A stretch of DNA of 64,000 nt from Neophaeotheca triangularis (lineage: Eukaryota), in NCBI GenBank assembly GCA_054600435.1, contig BAAIJX010000013.1:62001-126000 (forward strand), written 5' to 3'. The position numbers and the translations under genes were made by a program. Every line of letters begins with the position of its first letter. Positions within the stretch are counted from its first letter, which is position 1. Positions 46,767-57,257 of the stretch are shown in pieces. The notes under the pieces are model-generated. The model did no database searches and had not been told where the DNA came from. It was given only the letters and a program-made list of their open reading frames with translations.

Positions 46767-47155
46767 CTAGAAGCTTCCCCTTCGCCGCAATTGTTCTCGT
46801 GCCGAGATGCCGGCTTCGGAGGTGCGTGGATGCTGTCCATGGTCAGGCTGGGGGGTCGTGAGTGTCGGGTTAAAGGGACTGATACTGACAAGCTCTGCCT
46901 CGTAAGCAGCGATGCGGTCGATAGGAATTGCGAGGAGGAAGAAGAACAGAGAGAGAATGGCGAATCCCTTTGCCGCTCGTGTCTATGATTGCAGTTAGCT
47001 CCTGTTGAGTAAAGAGAGAACGCGGGAAGGCCTACCACAACACCGTGATCCCAGGCAAATATGGCCAGCTCATACAACCGGGTGACGAGGTCCCAGCGAG
47101 CAGTGATGTATCCAGCTACGAAGATGCCAGCGGTGAGGATGGAAAAGGGGTGCAT
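46767..47155 (-). CDS. Uncharacterised 92-aa small membrane protein (3 exons) immediately upstream of GPI1
   Basis: Exons 47155-47036, 46982-46890, 46832-46767. Introns GTAGGC..GCTAAC..TAG (53 nt) and GTCAGT..CCTGAC..CAG (57 nt), both phase 0. Product MHPFSILTAGIFVAGYITARWDLVTRLYELAIFAWDHGVV-TRAAKGFAILSLFFFLLAIPIDRIAAYEAEL-HPRTSEAGISAREQLRRRGSF*. Confidence 0.8.
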
Positions 47156-47847
47156 CGAGCGTTGGAATCAAACGCTCAAGTCAAAGGTACTGTGGCGGTG
47201 GGGCATTGGGACTGGTATCGTAGGCGTGTCCCAGTGGCTTTGTCGAAGCGAGGGCGGCAATCTTGGGCGAGGCAGGGAGGAGGTCTCAAAATTATTAAAG
47301 GAGCGACGGCCGCTTGAATGGAAGTTCGCAGGACAGGCACGGCGTAGATTCTGGGAGAGAGTGAGTTGCTGGGTAGGTTGGTACCTAGGTAGAGAGTAAC
47401 CTTGTAAGTCAGCCCGGCTTGAAAGAGCGCCGACGTCGAGAGCTGACATTTGATTGGCGCGCATCTTGACTGCCGCGCCTCAGGCTGCGATGAACCTAGA
47501 CACTACTGTACTGGTACTACCTAACCGTACGTGCATACCTTATCGATAAGCCACCCTTATTGACCGAAGTCTTGAGACCGCGTTCCGTTCAAAACTATGT
47601 ACTGTCAGTGTACCTAACCTCCTACCAACTACCTACACCTGCTAGTACTACTATATGTACCCTACCTGGAGAACTGTACTTGTACCTTGTCGTCTACTTG
47701 CTCTATCTTCGCTTGGAACTGTAGATTCGGACTGACCTCTTTCAACAAGATATTGAATTGAATCGACGCGTCCCTCCAACTAGACGAGTTACCGCAACGA
47801 GTATTACCCTTGCCATGATGACCCCTGCTTAGCACGTAGGTTCGAAT

Positions 47848-50143
47848 ATGGCTAGGGGAGGTTATCGCGGTGGCGGAGGTGGCGGAGGCGACCGGGTTTG
47901 CTCTTTCTTCCAGCAAGGTCGATGTAAATTCGGAGGTATGATATCGTTACAGCCCTGGAATCGTCCCTCGCTTCCTGTCACTCTCATCCCGCTGACTCTA
48001 ACCACAGCAAACTGCCGCTTCGACCATCCTGGATTCGAAGATGCCCAGAGCTTGCAGCACAACGACCGACGCGGAGCTGTAGATAGCTGTAAGTCTAATC
48101 CAACTGAAGGCCCTTCACTTGCGCAACTCGTGAAATGCTTGGCATTGCTGCTCAAGGGCCTTCTCCAAACCTCACTTCACACTTCGCTTTATCCAGAGAC
48201 ACAACTTCTAAAGACACGACCGGACCCCCTACTGCTCAGATACCAAACCAAACATGATCACTAACTGGCAGCAAGATCGACCGGGTCAACCAAGCAGTAG
48301 CCGGTCACTACCGTCAGCCATCTCCCTCCAACAAAACATGGAGCCAATGCTAATGAGCCACTGCAGATACGGCCTTGACCGAGATGTGCTGAAAGACGAC
48401 CTCACAAACAACAAACCAAGCTGGCCCCTTTCCTGCTACAGCCCCGCAAAAGAGGGCCCACGCCACCTATTCGAAGGCGAGATAGAGGTTAGCCCTGAGG
48501 AGGCACGCCTGAAATTCTACCTAGCGCGTGCCCAAGGAAACGAGCAACGTGCCATTCAGGAAGAACAGCAAGCGGTGAATCAAGTCACTAGTCAAATCCA
48601 GACGGCTCTCAACAACCTGGATGGCGCGATAGACTACGTGATTCAAGGCAAAGACATTCATCCCAACAGATTCGACATCTGCGAAGAGGGATCCAAAGCC
48701 TCCAAACAAGGAGCATCTGCCCCAGGTATGAATGGAGGAGGGGCAAGCGCATTCGGGCAACCTTCAGCACCCTCCGCATTTGGCCAACCTGCTAGCACGA
48801 GTGGCACCTTCGGAAAACCATCAAACCAGGGCAGCGCCTTTGGTCAACCCTCTCAGCCAGCCTTTGGTCAACCTTCCAACTCGGGCGGCGCCTTCGGTAA
48901 ACCGTCCTTTGGACAGCCATCGCAACCCTCGGCCTTAGGACAATCTCCACAACCCTCGGCCTTGGGACAATCTTCACAACCATCCGCCTTTGGGCAACCA
49001 TCACAGCCTTCGACCTTTGGGCAACCCGCTCAAGCCTCAGCTTTCGGCAAAGCCTCACAATCTTCAGCATTCGGTCAACCGTCACAGCCCTCAGCTTTTG
49101 GTCAGCCATCGCAGCCTTCAGCTTTCGGGCAATCATCGCAGCCATCTGCGTTTGGTCAGCCGTCAAAACCTGCGGCTTCACAATCGACCTTTGGTCAGCC
49201 GTCAAATCCTAGCTCTACATTCGGCCAGCCATCAAACCCGACATCTGCGTTTGGCCAACCTTCGAAGCCTGGTGTGAGCCCGTTTGCTGCCGCGGATCAA
49301 AGGCAAGGCTCCCCCTTCGGTCAAGCGGCGCAAAACCCCTCGCCCTTTGCGCAAACCTCTCAAAACCAACAGCAGCCGGCCCAACCTGCCTTCGGCCAGC
49401 CATCTCAACCATCAGCTTTCGGTCAACCGTCGAACCCTGCGGCGATACCATCCCCATTCGGAGCACCATCGCAGCCATCAGCGTTTGGCCAGCCATCGAA
49501 CCCCGCGGCCAAGCCCTCACCGTTCGCAGCAGCAGGTCAGCAATCAAACTCCCCCTTCGGAGCGCCCACTGGTTCCAAAGCTGCTTCGCCATTCTCCCAG
49601 TCCAGCGCCTTTGGCCAGCCTTCGCAGCAGTCGGCATTCGGTCAGCCCTCTCAGCCACAGCAAGCCACGAGCACTTTTGGTCAGCCCAGTCAGCCTGCAT
49701 CGCAACCCAACGGCTTTGGTCAACCTCCATTCAATACTCAGCCAACCGACAGCACTGTGGGACCAGCAAACTCAAGCGAGAACATCGCTACACCACCAGT
49801 CTCCTCCTACGCCCAACACGGAGCAAACAAGCAGTTAACAAGGTGGAAAGGGCAATCCGTCCGCTACGTCCCGGAAAGCCGCACAAAAGAAAACGCGGCA
49901 GTCATTCCAGTCTTCAACGACCCCGCCAGCGACGGCAGGGAGATTCGAATCTGGAACCCCGACGGTCCGCCGGAACAAATTTCCAAGGATGTGGAAGCAA
50001 AGGATGCCAGCGTGTACGAGCTTGGGGATCTGGCGGCTGTGCTGAAGGATGTGTACTCGCATATGAATGCTACGGCAGAGTTCAAGGACGGGTTGATGCC
50101 GGAGATTCCGCCAAAGAGCGAGTGGATCGGGTGGGATGTCTAG
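47848..50143 (+). CDS. AMO1: CCCH zinc-finger FG-repeat nucleoporin (Amo1/Nup42/NUPL2-like)
   Basis: CSFFQQGRCKFGANCRFDH after splicing; inferred introns 47936-48007, 48089-48275, 48313-48366; WPLSCY..EVSPEEARL; many SAFGQPSQP repeats; C-terminal GLMPEIPP. Confidence 0.82.
48745..49725 (+). repeat. Coding degenerate tandem repeat (SAFGQPSQP, about 27-nt unit) of the FG nucleoporin
   Basis: Many FGQP/FGKP units in the translation. Confidence 0.85.
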
Positions 50144-50532
50144 ATGATGCGTGTGTTCAAGAACGGGGTTTGAAAGTACAGTCTCGGCATGTTGCCTGGC
50201 TCTGGTTGTGAACTCACAAGAGGTCTTTCGCGCATATGGTTACCTGTAAACCAGCGCCAGGGCCGTCGTGGAAACACCGCGTTGTTTCTAGCAAAGTCTA
50301 GTCCGTGATGCGAGCTTCTTACTTCCGTATATCTGCGGGCCGCGACAAGTTCTGTCACTGTGCAAAGACGAATTCGAAACCTTACCAAACTGATCTACAA
50401 GAAAACCTGCTGCGAATCGTGAAGAAATGTGCCAGTCACTCCTTGCAGGAGTGAAACAGGCCGCTTGCTTTGACGTGATATTTGCCCAGTGGTTCCCTCC
50501 ATTAACACCGTCCCATTCCACGTGCCATACGT

Positions 50533-51733
50533 CTAGACCGCAGTCTCCGGACGTTCGTTCTCAGCGACAACCGCAGTCCCAAGTCCCCTGTCTGGCGAAC
50601 TTCTCACGAGCGCCTCCTGCCGTCTTGCCCTCAAGAAGTCCGACACTGCTCGAATCAAGATAAACCATCCCACAATCATCAAAACATAAGAAATCCAATC
50701 TGACGTGCTGAGCCCTGAATGACTGCCCTCACCCTCTCCACCCATGTCGGTCGGATCAAAGTCGTGTGCATTCGGATCGTCTGGTACGCCTTCTGTCGGT
50801 GCTCCTGGTGCTGGATCACCGGATGAGCGTGATGAAGAATGATACTTCATTTGGAAACCGTATTGGACGAGTGTGACTCCAAGACCAGCTCGCGAGCCGT
50901 GTTTGGCAGCGTGTGTAGTGTGTAGGAGATAAGTGAGCAGGAAGCCGATGAGTTGAAAAGACATTGATATCAGTGCGTTCCAGACAAAAGAGAAGAAGGA
51001 GCCGACCAGGAGGCCGTCCACGAAGACATCGTTGGGGTCGCCAGTATGCGCGTATGGGGAAAGCACTGTGGTTTCCCAGTAAGGGGGCGTGGCGTCTGCA
51101 GCTGCTTGTTCATAGGTCTGTCACACCTTTAAGTCAGCCCATGACTGTTGCACAAGAAAATGGTGTCATGGCGAAACGTACCGGAGGCTTCTCTTCCAAA
51201 TCTTCGCCGGCGCGCGGCTTGGCAGTAATGTTTGCGAAGACGCCATCATGTACTGAGTTCCCACCACCGTACGTCCTCCCGCTAGCTGATGTAGGAGCAA
51301 ACACTGGTATTTCTGTGACTGTCCGTTGTGGTGCGCGCGGTCTGGCGGCCGTCTCGTCCTCGCTATTCACCCGCTGGTCGCCGGAGGATAGGGATGGCGA
51401 ACGCTCGCCCTGTATCAGTCGTCTTCGGTCGCGGGTATCGGCGTCTGCATCCTCATCATCCGAAGGCGCATCAAAGGCATCGTTCATGTCATCGCTCCGG
51501 CGTGCCTCCTCACGGGAGTGGCGGCGAGAGCTGCTTCGGGACCGAAAGGATGGCGGTGGCGAGCTGGGTATCGGTACAGGTTGCTGTGAGTGCGAAGAGT
51601 CATCTTGATCCTCTGCTGCTACCTGGAAGATGGGGACGTTAGATCTGTGGTGGCCATGCGAATCCTCACATGGATATTGTCCATGGAGGGAGTTTAGGCA
51701 GGCGCTTACCCGTTCATACCGCTGGGAGCTCAT
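50533..51733 (-). CDS. BSD2: Bsd2/NDFIP-like Rsp5 adaptor (metal homeostasis)
   Basis: Introns 51709-51623 and 51181-51118 give DGVFANITAKP...EKPP|TYEQAAADATPPYWETT (PY motifs); three C-terminal TMs, THAAKHGSRAGLG. Confidence 0.9.
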
Positions 51734-52326
51734 GGCTCGGTCGGGGCTGTTGTTCTTTTCAGGCGGCAGGAGTCGTATTCGCTGATGAGGTAGGTGTGGA
51801 CTCGTCTACGATATCGAGATGTTTGATGTGAGATGTGGCCTTAGGGGAAGAGAGGGGGTGATGTGGTGATGGAAGCGTAGGTAGGTACTTAGTAAGGTGC
51901 ATGGCATGCATAGAGTACAGTACAGTACAGTACAGAAGGCGGGTGGACTGCCGCGACCGGCTGGCGGTGGCGCGGTCTCCGACGCTTACTGCATTAGTAC
52001 TTAGTCGGCTGTCGACATATGGTGCTAACACTGGCAGGGCTTAGATCCCGTCAGGGTCCACAGGAGTCTAGATGAATTAGGCAGTACATAAAGCAGTTGG
52101 ATATATAAGAGGTACATTTATCACCTTGCTCGCTCGCTTGCCTCAACGAATTCCTGAGGTTTGATGATACTAAACAACCTTGAATTCCGGTCTATAGACA
52201 GCCAGCCTTTTGAAACCTCGAAACCCGTCACCACGTGAGGTCGAAGTTCACGCGCGCACAAACCGAACCCCCCATGTCGGCGCGGCTTGCTCGTCTTGTC
52301 TCACTCGACAAGAAACTACATCTACC

Positions 52327-53229
52327 ATGAACGACTACGATTTCCAAGGAGCCTTTGAGAGCCTGTGAGCACTGCGAGATCAGCAGGGTTTTATTCCGCA
52401 TTCACTTACACTACAAATCAAGGCAACTACCCGCCGACACTCTTGCCGCTCTACAAGAGTTCCGACTCGACCAAGATGCCCGAGCAAAGCAGTTCGAGGA
52501 TTTGAAACTGCAGGCCGACAACAAGCAGAGCATCGAAAAGCTGAGCATGGCCGCCTTTACCGAAGACTGGAACGCGAGCCAGTTCTGGTACACCGACGAC
52601 ACGGCCTACCAGCTCGCGCAAGAAATCCTCCGAACCGCCGACATCGACAGTTGCATAGCTTGCGTCTCCGCCCCGAGCGTCTACATCCAGATCCGCAACA
52701 TTCTCGTATGTTGCAATCCCGAGCCTTGACTTGCTTGTCACCAGTAGCTGACAGCTTTCCAGAGCGAAGAGAAGTCCATTGTGACCCCAAAGGTGTTCCT
52801 CCTAGAGTACGACAAGCGCTTCGAGGTCTTCAAGGAGGACTTTGTGCCGTACGATTTCCAGCAGCCGTTGAAGTTACCACGTGAGCAGATGTCTTTCAGA
52901 CCGTAGCCTATAGGGACCGTCTACTAACTTAACATCCCTTAGCCGAGCTAAAGGGCAAATGCACCCACGTCATTCTGGACCCCCCCTTTCTCTCAGACGA
53001 TTGCCAAACCAAAGCGGCCCTCACGATTCGCTACCTGGCGAGTGACTGGTCGCCGAGCTTCAGATTCGTCACCTGCACTGGCGAGCGTATGGGTTCGCGC
53101 ATCGCCAAATTATATAGCAAGCTCGGTGTACGAACCACTACGTTCGAGGTGAAGCACGGAGAAGGGTTGAGTAATGAGTTTCGATGTTACGCTAATTCCG
53201 AGGGCGGAATATGGAAGTGGGCGGTATAG
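52327..53229 (+). CDS. EFM5: eEF1A lysine N-methyltransferase EFM5 (EEF1AKMT1/N6AMT2)
   Basis: Introns 52365-52422, 52706-52762, 52881-52942; FTEDWNASQFWY, IACVSAPSV, LLEYDKRF, ILDPPFLS, TCTGERM, LSNEFRCYAN. Confidence 0.9.
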
Positions 53230-53344
53230 CGAGACAGGGGATGAGAACTGGACGCGTCCCAAACCTGCGAGCAGCTTAAAGTGGGTACTAGATCGCCGGA
53301 ATCGTGCTGGGAGAGCATCAGAAGTGTGCCGCGAGTTCGTAGTG

Positions 53345-53374
53345 AAGAAGAAGAAGAAGAAGAAGAAGAAGAAG
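53345..53374. repeat. (GAA)n microsatellite between the convergent EFM5 and EMG1 genes
   Basis: About 10 consecutive GAA units. Confidence 0.85.
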
Positions 53375-53746
53375 CAAGCCTTGATGCCAATCGTTTCGTG
53401 TTCATAACTAGTTTTTGATACGCCTTCCAAGCACTCCCTTGATAGCCCTTTCGTATCCAACCCACCAACTGTTGGCCAAAAAAAAAGGTTAGTAAACTCG
53501 CGTGTCTCCTGGAACAAGTAGTCTGCCAGAGGTCCTGTTGAAGCTTCGAATGATGTTGCGCTCAGACAAAAAGCTTCCACAGTTCCCACGGCCGGGAGGG
53601 AAACCAGCACAGTGAAGAGCGTAGATGTTGCGATCGTGCTAGCTCACTTGTTTCATTCCACTGTGCCGGTCTTCCATACCCGCCTTCCTTATCCCTTGAA
53701 CCAACCGATAAACCGATATACCAACCAGACAATCATGTGTCAAGGC

Positions 53747-55087
53747 CTAGATCACATCCCAAGCATCTTCGGCGGCATGGCAGAATTTGCTGCAAGCAAC
53801 ACTGGCAGACAAGCTGAAGTTGCTGATGGAGATGGCGTCGTCTTTGAACTGATCTGCGAAAGTATCAGTGCCCTTTGCCATGGCACCTACGAAGACGCAG
53901 ATGCTCTCCTTGGAATCCAAGTTTTCGATGTAGTCGCGGCATTTCACAATAGGCGCGTCGAAGGACAGTGTTACCTTGCGGCAGTTGGGCGGCAGGTGGT
54001 CCGTAATGGGATTCTTAATGACTTTGAGCAGTTTCTCTTGCGAGGTCGTGGAACGGATAGAGAGTTTGTGGAGGAGCTGGACCATCAGACCAGCGAAGCG
54101 CTTGAAGGTACGAGGAATGCGAACTGTGGGCGAAACTTCGATGAGGACGCCTTTGGCGGTGTGAATGTAGATTTGGAGCTTGCCGGCTTTGTTGATGGGA
54201 GAATCGAGCAAGGTGAGGAGGCACTGGTTTTGGCATTAGCTTGTTTGTGTGCTCAGCGAAGTGGGCACGAATCGTCGCACCTGATGCGTAATATCCGGTC
54301 TCGCGTCACTAATGTCGCGGTTCATCTTCCTCATGACGCCAATGTGTTCATCGCTATTCAGCAGGCTGTACTTCTCGTCCTTCATGCCATTGCGGCCGCC
54401 GTAGGCAGCCTTGTATGTCTCGAGGCTTGCATTTGACAAGACAACGATGAGGCGTTTGGAGTCTTTGTCGCTGGCGGGGATGGGAACGTGCTGTTCTGCG
54501 ACGAGCGCAGGCAGCGAGGGTGGTGGGAGCGATTGTGTCTGTGTCCCTGCGGTAAAGGAAAAGGGCTGGTCAGCCATTTTTGCGCGGAACCTTGTTGAAA
54601 GGTGCTAAGCGGAGGAGTTGAAGAAGGGGTGGGTTTGCGAGCTTGGTGTCTGAAGCCGAGTCCAAGGTGCTGGAGGTGGAGTGGGAAGGGGAACGAGGGT
54701 GTATGATGTGTGCAAGGAAGGAAAGGTGCAGGGTCTGATGCGACAACAATGATAATGTAGGACGGCAAGCCGCGTCGGATTCGGTGGTTCCAAGCTTGTT
54801 CTGGAGGGAAGGGAGGGGCAATGCGGAAAAGCTGAAAAGCATGAATTTGGTAGAGCGACGGGGCAACGATGGGGGGATTTTGCACTCGACAAGACGACAA
54901 GACCCAGCGCGCCGGGAGGGGAGAGGGTGACGAGGCGAAATGGGGTCAACTAACTGATTCTCTTCGTATCTCTGCCCGAAGACGACGGTCTGCGGCCAAT
55001 GTACTCGGCGGATGCGTCAAGGAGACCCTGTTCGAGTTCTTGAGACTTTTGGAGCTTCTGCTCAAGTTCTTCTGGAGACGACGACAT
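53747..55087 (-). CDS. EMG1: 18S rRNA pseudouridine N1-methyltransferase EMG1/NEP1
   Basis: Exon 1 55087-54955 (MSSSPEEL...RDTKRI), intron 54954-54547 (GTTAGT..GCTGAC..CAG), intron 54280-54224; [46 protein letters not shown]. Confidence 0.93.
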
Positions 55088-56105
55088 GATGATGTGATGC
55101 TTTTGTTGCTTTTGGGCCGTGGTTTGTTGCTTGTGGGCTGGCTTTCACAGACGGGAGACAGTCAATAATAGGTAGGTGGGTGTGGTGCGATGGATGGTAC
55201 TGCGAGAGGATGATGTCGCGGCTGTTGCGAGCTAGGTAGGTAAGTTTGCGAATTCGGATCGAGTCTTGCTGCTGGGGGAGGCTGTCGGCAAGCTTATATA
55301 CCTATTATATAAGGTATGAATCGGGAATTTGCAGGTGGTGACTTGCTGTGCGTGAGGGGTAACGTCAAATAACCTATAGTCCTTGCTAGGTACTGGACTA
55401 AAAGATAATGTTATTTATTGTTCCAAGCGAGGCGTGCGAGGTTCGTAGCAAAAAAGCAAAAAAGTTGCAGGAAAGATGCCAAGTTAAATTACGTTACTGT
55501 AGGTCGAAACGAGTGATGAATGTTATTGGCACGAAACAGCTCCCTCGGCGTGTGCTCGAAGAGGATAGCCACGGATAGCGTGAGTAGCGCCGACTGGAAA
55601 GCGACAGAGCGACCTCTAGCCTGCTCTCGGCGTACATGTCCTGACCCGCATCTGTACGCTTTCCCACCTCTTTCTTTGGCACTTCTAACTTCTGCACACT
55701 ACTATCATGACAGCTGCCGCCGGCCCAGTTTTTGATCCTACTCAATCGCTAATAAGCTGATTCTCCGTCGCTCGAGCGTGTGACGTTGGAATGTGCCGCT
55801 TAAGCCGGGAGCGCACAAGACGAGCCCGCTCTTCAAAGAAAGAGCGCTCCACTCCCCCTTCTACCGACCCGTTATATTACATTATATGGCGACGATTCTC
55901 CCCTATCCTATCTCCGGAGGTGGCTCCAATCGTGCCTTACAGGCAAATTCAGTAGTGTACTGCATCCCTCGGCCCTTTGTACTGCTGCTCCTTAGAAGAT
56001 CGTTATTAGGCTACTTTCTCTTGAACCGCCCCCATAGAATCTGCCATCTCCCTTGACACGGCACCCAGCCAACAAGTGAGTTTGCCATCGAATTTGCTGG
56101 TGCCT

Positions 56106-56939
56106 TCATAGTTTCGCCCGCTCCTTCAATAGCTCGTCCTCTACCACAACAGCTGTTCCTTCTCCACTCCCGCTCGGCTCAAGCTCAACCTCTTGCGTGT
56201 CTTCCAGCGATACCCCATTGACAAACTGGGTGACCACAAAATCCACTGGCTTCTCCCCCAACACTACCATAGGCGCATGCCATGTTCCGGGCCCATAAGT
56301 TACGGCTTGATCACCCCTAACAATAAACGCCCGCAGCCTCTGCAAGTCCGGCAGCCCAGGACCCTTGACTTGAACACCCAGCGGTGTATTAGCTGAAGCA
56401 TGTGGAGGCGTCGTCACACTCGAGTGGTCGTTGGTGAATGGATTCGGTCTAGCACCAAGTAATCGCTCCTTGAGGCTCCTCTTTCGTCGAAGCTCCGGGA
56501 GTGGGTACGGTGCTTGGCCGCCGTCTTTGCTGCGTGAGGCGCTAGAGAGTGTTGGTGCCACTAGGACCAGGTACTTTGTACTTCCCTGAGCTTCAAGACC
56601 CAACGGCGCAAAGGTCTGTGGCGTGAACGGATGCCTTTCGAGGATCTTGACTGGGAAAAGCTGCTTCCCATTCTGGCGGGACAGCTCTCTCGGTTTGCAG
56701 CTAAACATGTTCATGGAGACGCTAGCGGGTCGACGAGAGGGTGCTAGGTTGTAATGGTTAGACATTTGCGTCACGTCGAGATATTTAGTCGCGCTGCCTT
56801 GGTTGGCAGAGACGTGTGGGATGGCATTGTTGCCACTACGCTGAGGGTTTTCAATAACCTCGCCGAAGGGAGCAAAGCAATCGTGTGTGAGCGGTTCCGT
56901 CTCGATTAGACGGTCCGGTGCTGTCATTTTGGGAGGCAT
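56106..56939 (-). CDS. DAL3: Ureidoglycolate lyase
   Basis: EPLTHDCFAPFGEVI, ANQGSA, ILERHPFTPQTFAPL, VTYGPGTWHAPM. Confidence 0.9.
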   Translation of the reverse strand: MPPKMTAPDRLIETEPLTHDCFAPFGEVIENPQRSGNNAIPHVSANQGSATKYLDVTQMSNHYNLAPSRRPASVSMNMFSCKPRELSRQNGKQLFPVKILERHPFTPQTFAPLGLEAQGSTKYLVLVAPTLSSASRSKDGGQAPYPLPELRRKRSLKERLLGARPNPFTNDHSSVTTPPHASANTPLGVQVKGPGLPDLQRLRAFIVRGDQAVTYGPGTWHAPMVVLGEKPVDFVVTQFVNGVSLEDTQEVELEPSGSGEGTAVVVEDELLKERAKL

Positions 56940-57141
56940 CTCAATGTCGCTTGGCTGTAAAAGAGGTCTGGAGAGCTCAGTTCAGAGATCCCAAGGCGTA
57001 GGTCTTTCTTTATGACAAGTAAGGTAGGTAAGAAACCGTGAGGCCAGGTACAACCGAAGTAGGTGGGTGCAGGGAAGAGCTCTCTTGATGACTTGCATGT
57101 GAAAGGTGGGGTTTCGAGGGGAAGGCAGCTCCGAACTTGGG

Positions 57142-57157
57142 ACGCGCCTCGACGCGT
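57142..57157 (+). promoter_or_regulatory. Tandem MCB-like elements (ACGCG and ACGCGT) about 100 nt upstream of ECO1
   Basis: gACGCGcctcgACGCGTt; ECO1 is a G1/S gene in yeasts. Confidence 0.5.
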
Positions 57158-57257
57158 TCACTTCACTTCAATTTACAGCAACATACCTTACTAGTACCTC
57201 AACCTACTTACCTCGGGTACTGTCCTTCACATATGTCATATAATAACCAGCGATAGC

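Noticed and set aside
44534..47155. Single intronless 873-aa GPI1 ORF from the ORF track
   Set aside because: It contains three canonical introns; the spliced reading gives a separate 92-aa ORF and GPI1 from 46738. Kept only as a possible retention isoform.
48745..49725. Regularly spaced repeats resembling a CRISPR or satellite array
   Set aside because: Degenerate at synonymous positions and encode FG nucleoporin repeats; no unique spacers.
54236..54577. EMG1 start at [11 protein letters not shown]
   Set aside because: This ATG overlaps the branch point and polypyrimidine tract of intron 1; an upstream exon at 55087-54955 joins in frame.
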